Assembly (NCBI GenBank): GCA_964413115.1
Contig: CAYPSQ010000003.1
Span: 23,174-87,173 of the forward strand
Length of the DNA stretch: 64,000 bases
Reading direction: 5' to 3'
Source: an uncultured Rhizobiaceae bacterium
Lineage (GTDB): Bacteria > Pseudomonadota > Alphaproteobacteria > UBA828
Part shown: in pieces, positions 39,846 through 50,424 of the stretch
How the letters are laid out: every line of letters starts with the position of its first letter
Numbering within the stretch: the first letter of the stretch is position 1
The notes under the pieces: model-generated
Database searches by the model: none
Seen by the model: only the letters and a program-made list of their open reading frames with translations
What the model was told of the DNA's origin: nothing
Program-made: the position numbers and the translations under genes

Positions 39846-40903
39846 GTCCGGATCTCCAGCGGCTCAAGGCCAGACAGACGGAGATGCTGCGCCATTACAG
39901 GAATCTTACGCGGTGCGGTGCCGGCCACCGCCTGGGCAATGGCGCGGATATGTTCGGGTGTGGTGCCGCAACAACCGCCAAGCAGATTGACCAGGCCGGC
40001 CTTGGCCCATTCGCTCAAGAAAGTCGCGGTTTGCTCGGGCGTTTCGTCATATTCGCCAAACTCATTGGGCAGACCGGCATTTGGGTAGGCCGAGACCCGC
40101 GTATCGGCAACGCGCGACAATTCGGCCACATAGGGACGCATATTCTCCGCCCCGAGTGAACAATTGAGGCCGATGGCGAACGGACGCGCATGGCGCACCG
40201 AGTTCCAGAATGCTTCCGTGGTCTGCCCGGTGAGGGTGCGCCCTGAAAGGTCGGTAATCGTGCCTGAAAGAATAAGCGGTAAGCAGAAGCCAAGCTCGGC
40301 GAACAACTCTTCGAGGGCGAAGATGGCGGCTTTTGCGTTAAGGGTGTCAAACACCGTTTCCAGTATCAGAAGATCCACCCCGCCTTCGACTAGACCCGCC
40401 GCCGCTTGTAAATAGCCTGCACGCAAATCATCGAAGGTGACGGCGCGGTAACCCGGGTCACCGACATCAGGCGAAATCGAAGCGGTTTTGCTTGTTGGGC
40501 CGAGCGCGCCAGCAGTGAAACGCGGGTGGTCCGGTGTCGCAGCTGCTTGCGCAGCCTCTACTGCCACCAGCGCCGCCGCAATATTCATGTCGCGCACCAA
40601 ATTTTCGGTGCCGTAATCGGTTTGCGATAATGCGGTTGCGTTAAACGTGTTGGTGGTCACGATATCGGCGCCGGCTTCAAGAAAGGCGTCGTGGATGGCG
40701 CGGATTGCGGCGGGCCGAGTGAGCGAGAGTAAATCGTTGTTGCCCTTGAGGTCACGGTTATGCTCAGCCAGTAGGTCGCCGCGAAAATCCTGCTCAGTCA
40801 AGCCGAGTTGCTGGATCATCGTACCCATTGCGCCATCGAGAATGATGATGCGCTGTTGGGCGATTTCATCCAGCATTTGGGCGCGTGCTTGGCGTTTGCT
40901 CAT
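39842..40903 (-). CDS. metH: methionine synthase homocysteine-binding (S-methyltransferase) domain, encoded as a separate ORF
   Basis: Trimmed to [31 protein letters not shown] (matches the E. coli MetH N-terminus). Ends ...[12 protein letters not shown] exactly where MetH is continuous in E. coli. GTGA overlap with the next ORF. Confidence 0.8.
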
Positions 40904-41853
40904 GAGTCCGCTTCCGCCAGAGGCGGTGCCGCGCGTATACCGAGCGCATGGCAAATCGCTCGCGTCAGTTCAGCTCGGTTGAGCGTATAAAAATGAAAAT
41001 TATGTACCCCCTGATCGATCAGCCGGCGGCACTGCTCTATGGCGATCCAGCCCGATATCAGGCGACGGGTGTCGGGATCGTCGTCGAGCCCGTCAAACAG
41101 GCGTGCCAGCCAGTCCGGTAGCGAGGCCCCGCAGCGCGCGCTAAAATCGATGAGGCGCTCATAGTTAGTTACCGGTAGGACACCAGGCACGATCGGCACC
41201 TTGATTCCGGCGGCGGCGGCGCGGTCGCGAAAGCGCAAGAATACATCGACGTCGAAAAAGAACTGCGTCATGGCACGGGTCGCACCGGCATCGATCTTGC
41301 GCTTGAGATTGTCGAGATCAGCCTCGGCGCTTGCTGCTTCAGGATGTATTTCCGGATAGGCGGCAACGCTGATTTCAAAATTGGCGATGCGCTGTAATCC
41401 GGCAACGAGATCGGAAGCAAAAGCATAGCCGTCTTTCGCCGTCTCGAATTTCGTCGCGCCCTCGGGCGGATCTCCCCGGAGGGCCACCACATGGCGCACG
41501 CCGGCATCCCAATAGCGCCGGGCTGCGTCGTCGACCATACCGCGAGAATCGCCAACGCAAGTCAAATGCGCTGCCGGTGTGAGATCAGTATTTTGCAATA
41601 TGCGTTGTAAGGTATCAAAGGTACGCCCGCGAGTGCTACCGCCGGCACCATAGGTGACGGAGATGAATTCTGGATTGAGCGGCGCCAGGCGGACAATCGC
41701 ACTCCACAACTGTTCAGCGATCTTATTGCTGGCCGGCGGAAAAAATTCGAAACTGACCGATATGTCGCTTAATGTCGGCGCGTATACCGCTGCCCCCAGC
41801 CGATCGCTCGCAACCGCGTGCGCATTCTCGAATAATGTTTCTGTTTCGGTCAT
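40900..41853 (-). CDS. metF: 5,10-methylenetetrahydrofolate reductase
   Basis: 317 aa. FEFFPP N-terminal motif and typical MetF layout. ATGA overlap with the metH Hcy-domain ORF. Confidence 0.85.
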   Translation of the reverse strand: MTETETLFENAHAVASDRLGAAVYAPTLSDISVSFEFFPPASNKIAEQLWSAIVRLAPLNPEFISVTYGAGGSTRGRTFDTLQRILQNTDLTPAAHLTCVGDSRGMVDDAARRYWDAGVRHVVALRGDPPEGATKFETAKDGYAFASDLVAGLQRIANFEISVAAYPEIHPEAASAEADLDNLKRKIDAGATRAMTQFFFDVDVFLRFRDRAAAAGIKVPIVPGVLPVTNYERLIDFSARCGASLPDWLARLFDGLDDDPDTRRLISGWIAIEQCRRLIDQGVHNFHFYTLNRAELTRAICHALGIRAAPPLAEADS

Positions 41854-42029
41854 GTTGGGCCAACCACAAAAAAACCGCTCCAGCTATCGCTGGGCGGTGC
41901 CCATCGCTTTAGCCGGATTTTTATAGCGCCCGCAATCTGTCGCTCAAATCGGCGCTTTGATATCATTGATATATAGAAATGTTTTGTGATCCCTGTCAAT
42001 GGTTGGGCAGGTTGCGGTTATAATAGCAT
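41854..42029 (-). promoter_or_regulatory. metF-metH leader with terminator-like hairpin plus T7 tract (candidate attenuator or riboswitch expression platform)
   Basis: AT-rich 176-nt leader. On the minus strand CCGCCCAGC-gata-GCTGGAGCGG followed by TTTTTTT (plus coordinates 41868-41897) ends only about 14 nt before the metF ATG. Confidence 0.4.
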
Positions 42030-43016
42030 ATGCCTGAATTATCTATTAACGATAGGCGCTTGAGCGTGGCGCCGATGATGGAATGCACGGACCGGCACGG
42101 GCGCTATTTTCTACGCCAGTGCAGCCGCCGCGTGCTGCTATATAGCGAAATGATTACCGCCGCCGCTGTGCGCCATGGTAAACGCGAATTCTTGTTGGCC
42201 TTTGATGTGGCGGAGCATCCAGTTGCGCTACAACTCGGCGGCGGCGATCCGGCGGAACTAGCGGAAGCGGCAAAATTGGGCCAGGCCGCCGGTTACGGCG
42301 AAATAAATCTCAATGTAGGCTGCCCCAGCGACCGCGTGAAGAGCGGACGCTTTGGCGCCTGTCTGATGGCTGAGCCCGAGCTTGTGGCGCGCTGTGTGGA
42401 AGCGATGGCGGATGCTGTTGACCTTCCGGTCACGGTCAAGTGCCGCATTGGCATCAACGGGCGAGATAGTTTTGAGCAATTGCGAAGCTTCGCTGGCCTG
42501 CTGGTCGGTGCTGGCATGGCAAGTCTCGCCGTGCATGCCCGCATCGCAATCTTGGAGGGCCTAAGCCCTAAGCAGAACCGTGAGATTCCGCCGCTCAATT
42601 ACGACCGTGTCTACCGCCTGAAAGATGAATTACCGGCGCTCGAAATTGTCCTTAACGGCGGCGTACGCAGCCTCGCTGATGCGGCGCAGCATTTGCAACA
42701 TGTTGATGGTGTGATGATAGGTCGCGCCGCCTTCGAAGACCCTTACATTTTAGCAGAAGCGGACAGGCGCATATTTGCTGATTCCGGCGCTATCCCGAGC
42801 CGCCATGATATTGCCCGCGCCATGCAGCCCTATGCTGAGCGCGCAATCACTAATGGTGCACGCCTCAACCACATCACTCGTCATATGCTGGGGCTATTCC
42901 ATGCTCGCCCGGGAGCTCGCATATGGCGGCGCTACTTGAGCGAAAATGTGCCCAAGCCTGGGGCCGGGCCAGAAGTTATCGAGCAGGCGTTGGCGTTGGT
43001 GCCGGAGGCCGACTGA
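42030..43016 (+). CDS. dusA: tRNA-dihydrouridine synthase A
   Basis: 328 aa. VAPMMECTDRHGRYFLRQ...LNVGCP motifs characteristic of DusA. Confidence 0.85.
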   Translation: MPELSINDRRLSVAPMMECTDRHGRYFLRQCSRRVLLYSEMITAAAVRHGKREFLLAFDVAEHPVALQLGGGDPAELAEAAKLGQAAGYGEINLNVGCPSDRVKSGRFGACLMAEPELVARCVEAMADAVDLPVTVKCRIGINGRDSFEQLRSFAGLLVGAGMASLAVHARIAILEGLSPKQNREIPPLNYDRVYRLKDELPALEIVLNGGVRSLADAAQHLQHVDGVMIGRAAFEDPYILAEADRRIFADSGAIPSRHDIARAMQPYAERAITNGARLNHITRHMLGLFHARPGARIWRRYLSENVPKPGAGPEVIEQALALVPEAD

Positions 43017-43051
43017 ACGTATAAAAGATTGTAACAATCGCACTCCCAATT

Positions 43052-43061
43052 TGTCCGGACA
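43052..43061. promoter_or_regulatory. perfect 10-bp palindrome TGTCCGGACA in the 100-bp region upstream of hyuA pair 3 (candidate operator)
   Basis: Located 56-65 bp upstream of the 43117 start. Confidence 0.25.
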
Positions 43062-43116
43062 GATATTATGATGCGCCCACCCAGGAGAAGAGCAATAAAC
43101 CAGAACAGGCGGGTCT

Positions 43117-45213
43117 ATGGCTAAAATCGGCGTCGATGTTGGCGGCACGTTTACCGATCTTATTCTTGAATCTGAATCGATTGGCGGTATGACGGGCAGG
43201 GTGATGGTGCATAAGGTGCCTAGCACTCCCGAGGATCAATCGATCGGTGTTATTCGTGGCATCACGGAAATTTGCGAGATGGCCGGTGTTGCCCTCGGCG
43301 ATATTGAAAAAATCGTGCACGGCACCACTGTCGCCACCAATGCCGTAATTGAATATGACGGCGCCGAGGTCGGCATGCTGACGACGCGCGGCTTTCGCGA
43401 TATACTCCTGTTGGCGCGCGGCAAACGACCGCATAATTTCTCAATGCAATTTGACGTGCCGTGGCAGTCCAAACCGCTGGTCAGGCGGCGTAATCGAATT
43501 GTCATTTCCGAGCGCATTCTGCCGCCCGATGGCCGCGTTGAGGTCGCACTCGATGAAGACGAAGTGCGCGCGGCGGCCGAACTCCTAAAAAAACGGAGTG
43601 TCGACGCGGTCATCATTTGTTTTATCTATTCTTTCCTCAACAACACGCATGAGCAGCGTGCCAAGGCGATCGTCAAGGAAGTTCTGCCTGATACCTATGT
43701 CAGCTGTTCGAGCGAAGTCGCCGATGTGATCCGCGAGTATGAACGTTTTTCTACCGCCGCGATGAATGCCTTTATCGGGCCACGCACATCGTTTTATCTG
43801 CGCAACTTGCGGGGCTCGCTGCGCGCTGAAGGTGTGGGCGCAGAAATTCGCGTGATGCAATCGAACGGGGGTGTCACCACTATTGAAGGCGGCAGTGAGC
43901 GGCCCGTGACGATCCTCATGTCGGGGCCGGCGGGTGGAGTAATCGGCGGCAAGTGGGCGGGCGATTTGTCCGACGTCGAGAATTTGATCACCGTCGATAT
44001 CGGCGGCACGTCAGCCGATATTAGCGTCGTGCCCAGCGGTAATGTGCGTATCATGAATCCGCGCGATACCAATATTGGCGGCTATCCTATCCTGACGCCG
44101 ATGATCGACCTGGCGACCATTGGCGCCGGTGGCGGCTCCATCGCTTACGTTGACGAAGGCGGCGCGTTTCGCGTCGGGCCGCGCTCGGCTGGTGCCAATC
44201 CAGGGCCTGCTTGTTATGGTAAAGGTGGTGTTGAACCCACAGTAACTGACGCACAGGTGGTGCTCGGCCGTCTTGATCCGGAGCAATTTTTGGGCGGCGG
44301 AGTGGCAATCGACGCCAAGCTTTCAGCCAAGGTGATTGAAGACAATCTCTGCAGAAAATTGAATATGAGCGTCAAAGAGGCGGCGCTCGGCGTCATCAGG
44401 GTGATCAATTCCAATATGGCACTTGAAATTCGTGCCAACTCAGTGGCCAAAGGTATCGATCCGCGCGACTATTCGCTGGTCGCGTTCGGTGGAGCCGGGC
44501 CGCTACATGGTGTCGCTCTAGCCAAAACCGTGGCTGCGCGCGAAACGATCGTACCGCCGGCGCCAGGTATTAACGCTGCGACCGGCCTGCTGGCCACTGA
44601 CATGCAATATGAATTTACCCGTTCGGCTTTGATCACCATCAGCACCGCCGAGCAAAGCGAGTTCGACCTTCTCAACAGCCAGCTCGACGAACTGGTAATC
44701 CAAGCGGGCGCGGCGCTTGATGCTGATGGTGTGACGCCCGGCACACGCAAATTCACCCGAATCGCAGAATGCCGCTACCAGGGCCAAGGCTTCGAACTAC
44801 GCGCTGAACTTCCCACCGAGGAGGTTACTGCCGGTAATAAACAGGTGCTGATCGACAATTTCCATGAATCGCACCGCCGCGATTACGGCCACGCCTTTGA
44901 GGATCAGAATGTTGAAATCATCACCCTGCGGGTGATCGCTTCGGCAGCCACGGCTAGGCTGAATTGGCCGAAATTAGCGGCAGGCACAGGCCAAAATCCG
45001 AAAGACGCGGTGATGTACAGCCGCCCGACCACCTTCGATGGCGGCGAGACCCTCGAGACCCCGCGCTATGACCGCGGCAAGCTGGCCGCTGGGCAGACGG
45101 TTTCGGGACCGGCCATCGTCATTCAGCACGATTCCACCACCTTGATTCCGCCTGGCCATGTGGCTGAAATATCGGATTACGGTAATTTACACGTCCGCGA
45201 TACGGCCCAATAG
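43117..45213 (+). CDS. hydantoinase/oxoprolinase family protein (HyuA-type), pair 3
   Basis: 698 aa. IGVDVGGTFTDLI motif. Confidence 0.85.
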   Translation: MAKIGVDVGGTFTDLILESESIGGMTGRVMVHKVPSTPEDQSIGVIRGITEICEMAGVALGDIEKIVHGTTVATNAVIEYDGAEVGMLTTRGFRDILLLARGKRPHNFSMQFDVPWQSKPLVRRRNRIVISERILPPDGRVEVALDEDEVRAAAELLKKRSVDAVIICFIYSFLNNTHEQRAKAIVKEVLPDTYVSCSSEVADVIREYERFSTAAMNAFIGPRTSFYLRNLRGSLRAEGVGAEIRVMQSNGGVTTIEGGSERPVTILMSGPAGGVIGGKWAGDLSDVENLITVDIGGTSADISVVPSGNVRIMNPRDTNIGGYPILTPMIDLATIGAGGGSIAYVDEGGAFRVGPRSAGANPGPACYGKGGVEPTVTDAQVVLGRLDPEQFLGGGVAIDAKLSAKVIEDNLCRKLNMSVKEAALGVIRVINSNMALEIRANSVAKGIDPRDYSLVAFGGAGPLHGVALAKTVAARETIVPPAPGINAATGLLATDMQYEFTRSALITISTAEQSEFDLLNSQLDELVIQAGAALDADGVTPGTRKFTRIAECRYQGQGFELRAELPTEEVTAGNKQVLIDNFHESHRRDYGHAFEDQNVEIITLRVIASAATARLNWPKLAAGTGQNPKDAVMYSRPTTFDGGETLETPRYDRGKLAAGQTVSGPAIVIQHDSTTLIPPGHVAEISDYGNLHVRDTAQ

Positions 45214-45236
45214 CGAGCTGGCGGGAGGAGACGGTT

Positions 45237-46994
45237 ATGAGCAAACAAGAAGTTGACCCCATCACATTGCAAGTCATCGGCGGTGCGCTTCATACCATCG
45301 CCAAAGAAATGGGCCATGTGTTGTACCGCATGTCTTATTCCTCGATCATTCGCGAATCCGAGGATCTTGGTGCCGGCCTCTTCGATGCTGATTGCAATAC
45401 GCTGTGTGAATCCGATTCGACACCGATGCATATTGGCTCGATTCCAGCTTACCTGCGTGGTATCAACGAAACCCTGCATGACCCGTGGCAGCCCGGCGAT
45501 GTGGTCATTCACAATCACCCCTATTACGGTGCCAGCCACTCGCCCGATATCGCCGCTGTCGCACCAGTCTATTACGAGGGCGAACTGGTTGGCTTCTCGG
45601 CCAACACTGCTCATCATGTTGATATTGGCGCGGCCACGCCGGGTCTGATTATCGATGTTCCGGACGTGTTTGCAGAGGGCATGCTGTTCAAGGGTGTGAA
45701 GCTCTATGAGGGCGGCGTGCGCAACCGCGCCCTGTGGCATTTTATGTCCACCAATACGCGGGTGCCGGATCAGGTACTCGGCGATATCGAGGCGCAGGTT
45801 GCTTCAGTGGAGCTTGGCGTAAAACGCTTCGTCGAATTGCTCGACCAGTATGGTAAGGAGACGGTGTTCGCTGCCACCCAGCAACTCATGGATTACTCCG
45901 AGTCCATGTTGCGTAAGCGCATCGCCGCCATTCCGGACGGCGAATATCGTGCCGAAGGCTTTCTCGACGATGATGGCCGTACGCGCGGTAAGACCTTGCC
46001 GGTGAAAGTATGCGTTCGCATTGATGGCGATTCGGCCGAGGTCGATCTCACTGGCTCGTCGCCGCAGGTCGCGACCGCTTTCAATGTGCCGTTTGAGGGC
46101 TCAACCAAAGTGGCATGCTATTTTGCGTTTCGCGCGGTGCTGCTGGATAGTGCGACGATCTCGGAGCATGTACCGCAGAATGAGGGTTCCTTCCGCCCCA
46201 TCAAGGTGACCGCGCCGTTGGGCTCGATCTTCAACCCGATATATCCGGCGGCGGCGGAAGCGCGCTTCAATCAAATTCAGCGCGTGGTGGATTGTATTAT
46301 CAAGGCCTTGGCGCCAGTCATTCCCGACAAAATCACAGCTGGCTGTTCGGCTGATGTGTCGGCCATTGCCTATTCCGGTGTGCGCCAAGAGGGCAATTAT
46401 TGGGTCTTTATCGAAGTCAATGAAGGCGCTTATGGCGGGCGGCCTGCGTCCGATGGCCCCGACGGCATTGAGGAATTGATGCGCAACACGCGCAATAATC
46501 CGATCGAGGATCTGGGCATGCATCTGCCGCTTATTTGTGATCGCTATGAATTACGTGATGACGTCATGCCCGGCGCCGGCGAGTATCGCGGCGGAATTGG
46601 TATGATAAAGGTGCAACGCTATTTGACTGACGGCTCTCTCACCCATGAATCGGACCGCCATGCGGACGCGCCGTGGGGATTTCTAGGCGGTACGGCCGGT
46701 GTTGGCGCGCGCGTGCAAAAATTCAATATCGCGACGCCTGACTCGATTGAAGAATTACCCGGTAAGGTTCATGGCCTGCGCAATAAGGTAGGTGATTGCA
46801 TTGGTGTGCTAAGCGCTTGTGGCGGCGGCTACGGCGACCCGCTGGCCCGCAGCCCCGAACAGGTGCGTGAGGATGTTTTGGATGATTACTGCACTATTGA
46901 GCATGCCCACGCCGCTTATGGTGTGGTGCTGAATTCCAAACTGGAAATCGATGCTGCCGCCACGCAAGCGCGGCGCAGCGAAATGCGTGAATAA
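45237..46994 (+). CDS. hydantoinase B/oxoprolinase family protein (HyuB-type), pair 3
   Basis: 585 aa. NHPYYGASHSPD, ACGGGYGDP motifs. Confidence 0.85.
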   Translation: MSKQEVDPITLQVIGGALHTIAKEMGHVLYRMSYSSIIRESEDLGAGLFDADCNTLCESDSTPMHIGSIPAYLRGINETLHDPWQPGDVVIHNHPYYGASHSPDIAAVAPVYYEGELVGFSANTAHHVDIGAATPGLIIDVPDVFAEGMLFKGVKLYEGGVRNRALWHFMSTNTRVPDQVLGDIEAQVASVELGVKRFVELLDQYGKETVFAATQQLMDYSESMLRKRIAAIPDGEYRAEGFLDDDGRTRGKTLPVKVCVRIDGDSAEVDLTGSSPQVATAFNVPFEGSTKVACYFAFRAVLLDSATISEHVPQNEGSFRPIKVTAPLGSIFNPIYPAAAEARFNQIQRVVDCIIKALAPVIPDKITAGCSADVSAIAYSGVRQEGNYWVFIEVNEGAYGGRPASDGPDGIEELMRNTRNNPIEDLGMHLPLICDRYELRDDVMPGAGEYRGGIGMIKVQRYLTDGSLTHESDRHADAPWGFLGGTAGVGARVQKFNIATPDSIEELPGKVHGLRNKVGDCIGVLSACGGGYGDPLARSPEQVREDVLDDYCTIEHAHAAYGVVLNSKLEIDAAATQARRSEMRE

Positions 46995-47006
46995 GGAACC
47001 CCTGTC

Positions 47007-48212
47007 GTGACCGAAGCCTTTATTTGTGACGGCGTCAGAACGCCTATCGGGCGCTATGGCGGCGCTTTGTCGACCGTGCGTCCCGACGATCTAGCAGCGA
47101 TCCCGATCCGTCGCATTATGGAGCGTAATCCCAACACCGATTGGCAGGCGGTCGACGATGTCGTACTCGGCTGCGCCAATCAGGCGGGGGAGGATAACCG
47201 CAACGTTGCCCGGATGGCGCTGCTTTTGGCAGGCATGCCCGAGTCCGTTCCGGCGGCGACCATCAATCGTCTGTGCGGCTCCGGCATGGATGCGCTCGGC
47301 AGTGCGGCGCGGGCAATCAAGGCCGGCGAGGTGGATTTCATGATCGCTGGCGGTGTAGAGAGCATGTCGCGGGCGCCTTTTGTTATAGCCAAAGCGGAGA
47401 CCGCTTTTTCGCGCGCCGCCAAGATCGAAGACACCACGCTCGGCTGGCGCTTCGTCAACAACCTGATGAAGGAGCTATACGGCATCGATTCAATGCCGGA
47501 GACGGCAGAAAATGTCGCTGAGAAATACCAGATTGGCCGTGCTGATCAGGATGCTTTTGCATTGCGCAGTCAGCAGCGCGCCGCGGCGGCCATGGAAGCC
47601 GGATATTTTGATGCCGAGATCGTTCCCGTCAGCATTCCACAGCGCAAAGCCGAAACTGTCATAGTCTCGCGTGACGAGCATCCGCGTTCAAGCACGACAG
47701 CAGAGAATTTGGCCAAATTGCCGGCCTTGTTTCGTGCTGGCGGTACGGTGACGGCAGGCAATGCGTCAGGTGTTAATGATGGTGCCTGCGCCTTGCTGGT
47801 AGCTTCCGAGGCGACGGCGCGCGCCCAAGGTCTAACGCCGCGTGCGCGTGTTCTTGGAGCCGCGACTGCAGGCATTGCGCCCCGGATTATGGGCATGGGG
47901 CCGGCGCCGGCATCGCGCAAAGTGCTTGAGCGCCTCGGCCTCGTGATTGGGGATATGGACGTGATCGAGCTAAACGAAGCGTTCGCCGCACAGGCGCTCG
48001 GCGTGACCCGCTATTTGGGACTGCCGGACGATGCCGCACATGTAAACGCCAACGGCGGCGCTATCGCGCTCGGCCACCCCCTCGGCATGAGCGGTGCGCG
48101 CCTGGTGTTAACCGCCATCCATCAGCTTGAATGCACCGGTGGGCGCTACGCGCTCTGCACGATGTGTATCGGCGTCGGTCAAGGCATCGCTCTGGTGCTG
48201 GAGAAAGTCTAA
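47007..48212 (+). CDS. acetyl-CoA C-acyltransferase (3-oxoadipyl-CoA/beta-ketothiolase, PcaF/PaaJ-like)
   Basis: 401 aa. [21 protein letters not shown] (active-site Cys), C-terminal CIGVGQGIA thiolase signature. Confidence 0.85.
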   Translation: MTEAFICDGVRTPIGRYGGALSTVRPDDLAAIPIRRIMERNPNTDWQAVDDVVLGCANQAGEDNRNVARMALLLAGMPESVPAATINRLCGSGMDALGSAARAIKAGEVDFMIAGGVESMSRAPFVIAKAETAFSRAAKIEDTTLGWRFVNNLMKELYGIDSMPETAENVAEKYQIGRADQDAFALRSQQRAAAAMEAGYFDAEIVPVSIPQRKAETVIVSRDEHPRSSTTAENLAKLPALFRAGGTVTAGNASGVNDGACALLVASEATARAQGLTPRARVLGAATAGIAPRIMGMGPAPASRKVLERLGLVIGDMDVIELNEAFAAQALGVTRYLGLPDDAAHVNANGGAIALGHPLGMSGARLVLTAIHQLECTGGRYALCTMCIGVGQGIALVLEKV

Positions 48213-48325
48213 ACGCTGCTTTCCCTTGAACCATAGCCGAGCGCAGGCTATCGAAGAACTGTCGGTCCTATGATTGTGCTCAGGGCGCACCGCGCAGGCT
48301 GTTGAACGGCGCTAGAGGCCGGGCG

Positions 48326-48348
48326 GGCGAGAATAATCTCGCCTTTTG
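48326..48348 (+). terminator. candidate rho-independent terminator after the hyuAB-thiolase operon
   Basis: GGCGAG-aataat-CTCGCC hairpin followed by TTTTG. Confidence 0.35.
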
Positions 48349-48511
48349 CCGCAATCTTGACGCCTATCTCAACCATGAGCAGGGTCAAGACTTGAGCGAA
48401 TAGCTCCAAAAAAGCCCTCTACTCCGCGGCGACGAGTGTCAAATTTCGACTTTACCGGCATTTCCCCAATTCTCTAGCGCGCCAATAGTTTAGCACTGCT
48501 GAGCAGCGCCG

Positions 48512-49540
48512 TTACTCGATCTCTGTATGGATCAGCGCCTTGGGATAAAATGCGTGAAAGGCGAACGCAAAGCTGATGTCGTGCACCGCATCGGTCGGGC
48601 CGTTAGGTCCATCACGTTGCACTACGACATTGCCGATATCGCGCCCGGCGCTAATCTTAGTAGTGTCGAGCGCCGAATTTTGGCCAGCCTCCCATGTAAT
48701 GATTAGATCACCGCGCTTGATCTGCTTCAGGCGCCTTAGCAGTTTCAGGCTCCAGGCCTCCTTGCCGACCACCACTACGCGGGCGAGCGGCGCGATATTT
48801 TCCGGTAATTTACCATCATAAAGAAACGGCTTGGTCGACCGATCATAATGCGAATAGGGGTTGTAGCCGTAATTGCGCATGCTGAGATAGTTCGGTACCA
48901 GCACCGTCGCGCCTTCTTGGCCTGCGGTGCGCGCTCGAAAGCGTTCGAACGATTCGACCCGTGCCGGCAGGGCGGTGAGCTGGGCGCCAGTCATTTTCCC
49001 GACAATTGCTTCGCCGGTGAACTGCTGCCACCAGCTCTCGGTCTGCCGGTCATACATCACCAGGTCGGAATTGCGCAGCTTGCCGGTGGTACCAAAATCG
49101 AATACCTGGTCGTTGACGCGGCGATCAAACACCAGGGCTGAATTGCACAGCGGACAAAAAGTAACTGCGATAGGCACGCCGCCCAAGGCATCGTTGGCAA
49201 TCTCGTGCCAGATTAGAATCCGCACCGGATAGGCGCGCGTTTCGCCGTTGAGAGAGACCGTGATGACCGGTTCTTGGTTCCCGATATTATTGATTTCCTC
49301 CGGCACCTGGTGTGTCGGCTGGTCGATCGCCGGGATGCCGTCTTTCGGTAGACCGCCCGACATGATCTCGTCAAATTTGATTGATGTTCGCGAGAAATCG
49401 GTTTGCTTCCACTCATGCGTCCAGGAGCTGGGCGGTTCCACGGCGGGTGCGCTGGCAAGCGGTAAGACCCAAACAAAGATCACCGCTACGATGAAGGGCA
49501 GAAATCTGATCACTTTTCCCCTCGATTGGCTAAGGCTCAA
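48512..49540 (-). CDS. DUF3179 domain-containing secreted protein
   Basis: 342 aa. N-terminal hydrophobic signal/anchor. Conserved WHE...CPLC region typical of DUF3179. Confidence 0.6.
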   Translation of the reverse strand: MSLSQSRGKVIRFLPFIVAVIFVWVLPLASAPAVEPPSSWTHEWKQTDFSRTSIKFDEIMSGGLPKDGIPAIDQPTHQVPEEINNIGNQEPVITVSLNGETRAYPVRILIWHEIANDALGGVPIAVTFCPLCNSALVFDRRVNDQVFDFGTTGKLRNSDLVMYDRQTESWWQQFTGEAIVGKMTGAQLTALPARVESFERFRARTAGQEGATVLVPNYLSMRNYGYNPYSHYDRSTKPFLYDGKLPENIAPLARVVVVGKEAWSLKLLRRLKQIKRGDLIITWEAGQNSALDTTKISAGRDIGNVVVQRDGPNGPTDAVHDISFAFAFHAFYPKALIHTEIE

Positions 49541-49611
49541 ATGTCTCCGACCAGCCGTTGTCGCGCCAGAAAATGTATTTCACAGTGCCGTGGTTGCGCG
49601 CCGCATCGGGA

Positions 49612-50406
49612 TCAGGCAATGGCGTCAGCGATCGCCCGTTTGGCCATGACCGTCACTAGATGGGCGCGATATTCCGCACTGGCATGCATGTCGGAATTGA
49701 GGCCGTCCGCCGCTGGCGCAGGCAATTCGACGGAACTTGAGAGCGCCTGCCCAAGCGCAGCTTCCATGTCGGTTGCACGAAATACGCAAGGGCCAGCGCC
49801 GGTCACCGCAACGCGCACACCTGATGCCGTTTCTGCTGCAAAAACGCCGACGATGGCGTAGCGTGATGCAGGGTTGGGAAATTTCGCGTAACCCGCTGTC
49901 GCTACTTTGGGAAAACGCACGGCGGTGATAATTTCACCTTCTTGCAGTGCCGTTTCGAACATGTCGGTAAAGAAATCATTGTCGGCGATTTCCCGCTCTG
50001 TGGTGATCACAGTAGCGCCGAGGCCGAGCATGGCTGCCGGATAATCCGCCGCCGGATCGTTATTGGCGATGGAGCCGCCGAGGGTACCGCAATTGCGGAC
50101 TTGGGGGTCACCGATTAGGCCGGCCAGGTTCGCCAGTGCAGGGGTCGTACCGCGGACGATTTCAGATGCGGCGACGTCGGCATGCGGTGTCGCGGCACCG
50201 ATCAGAATCGCATCGTCTTCCATACGGATGAAATTGATATCCGAGACGGAAGCGAGATCGATTACATCCGAAGGCTTGGAAAGACGGAACTTAAGGCTAG
50301 GCAGCAGGGTTTGCCCGCCCGCCATATACTGCGCATCCGCCGCAGCGATGTGGATTTTGGCAGCTTCTGAAAGAGTTGCAGGACGGTGATATTTGAATTC
50401 ATACAC
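49612..50406 (-). CDS. molybdo-hydroxylase family FAD-binding subunit (CoxM-like), orphan
   Basis: 264 aa. MAGGQTLLP, TLGGSIANNDPAADYP motifs of the CO-DH/Xdh medium subunit. Confidence 0.75.
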   Translation of the reverse strand: MYEFKYHRPATLSEAAKIHIAAADAQYMAGGQTLLPSLKFRLSKPSDVIDLASVSDINFIRMEDDAILIGAATPHADVAASEIVRGTTPALANLAGLIGDPQVRNCGTLGGSIANNDPAADYPAAMLGLGATVITTEREIADNDFFTDMFETALQEGEIITAVRFPKVATAGYAKFPNPASRYAIVGVFAAETASGVRVAVTGAGPCVFRATDMEAALGQALSSSVELPAPAADGLNSDMHASAEYRAHLVTVMAKRAIADAIA

Positions 50407-50424
50407 GGCGGGGTATTCCGATTG

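Noticed and set aside
41854-42029. Specific call of a SAM-II riboswitch upstream of metF
   Set aside because: I could not align the conserved SAM-II core (UUGGC...GCUUG...AAAGCU-AAAGG) by eye. Only the hairpin plus U-tract is evident, so it is reported as a generic attenuator candidate.
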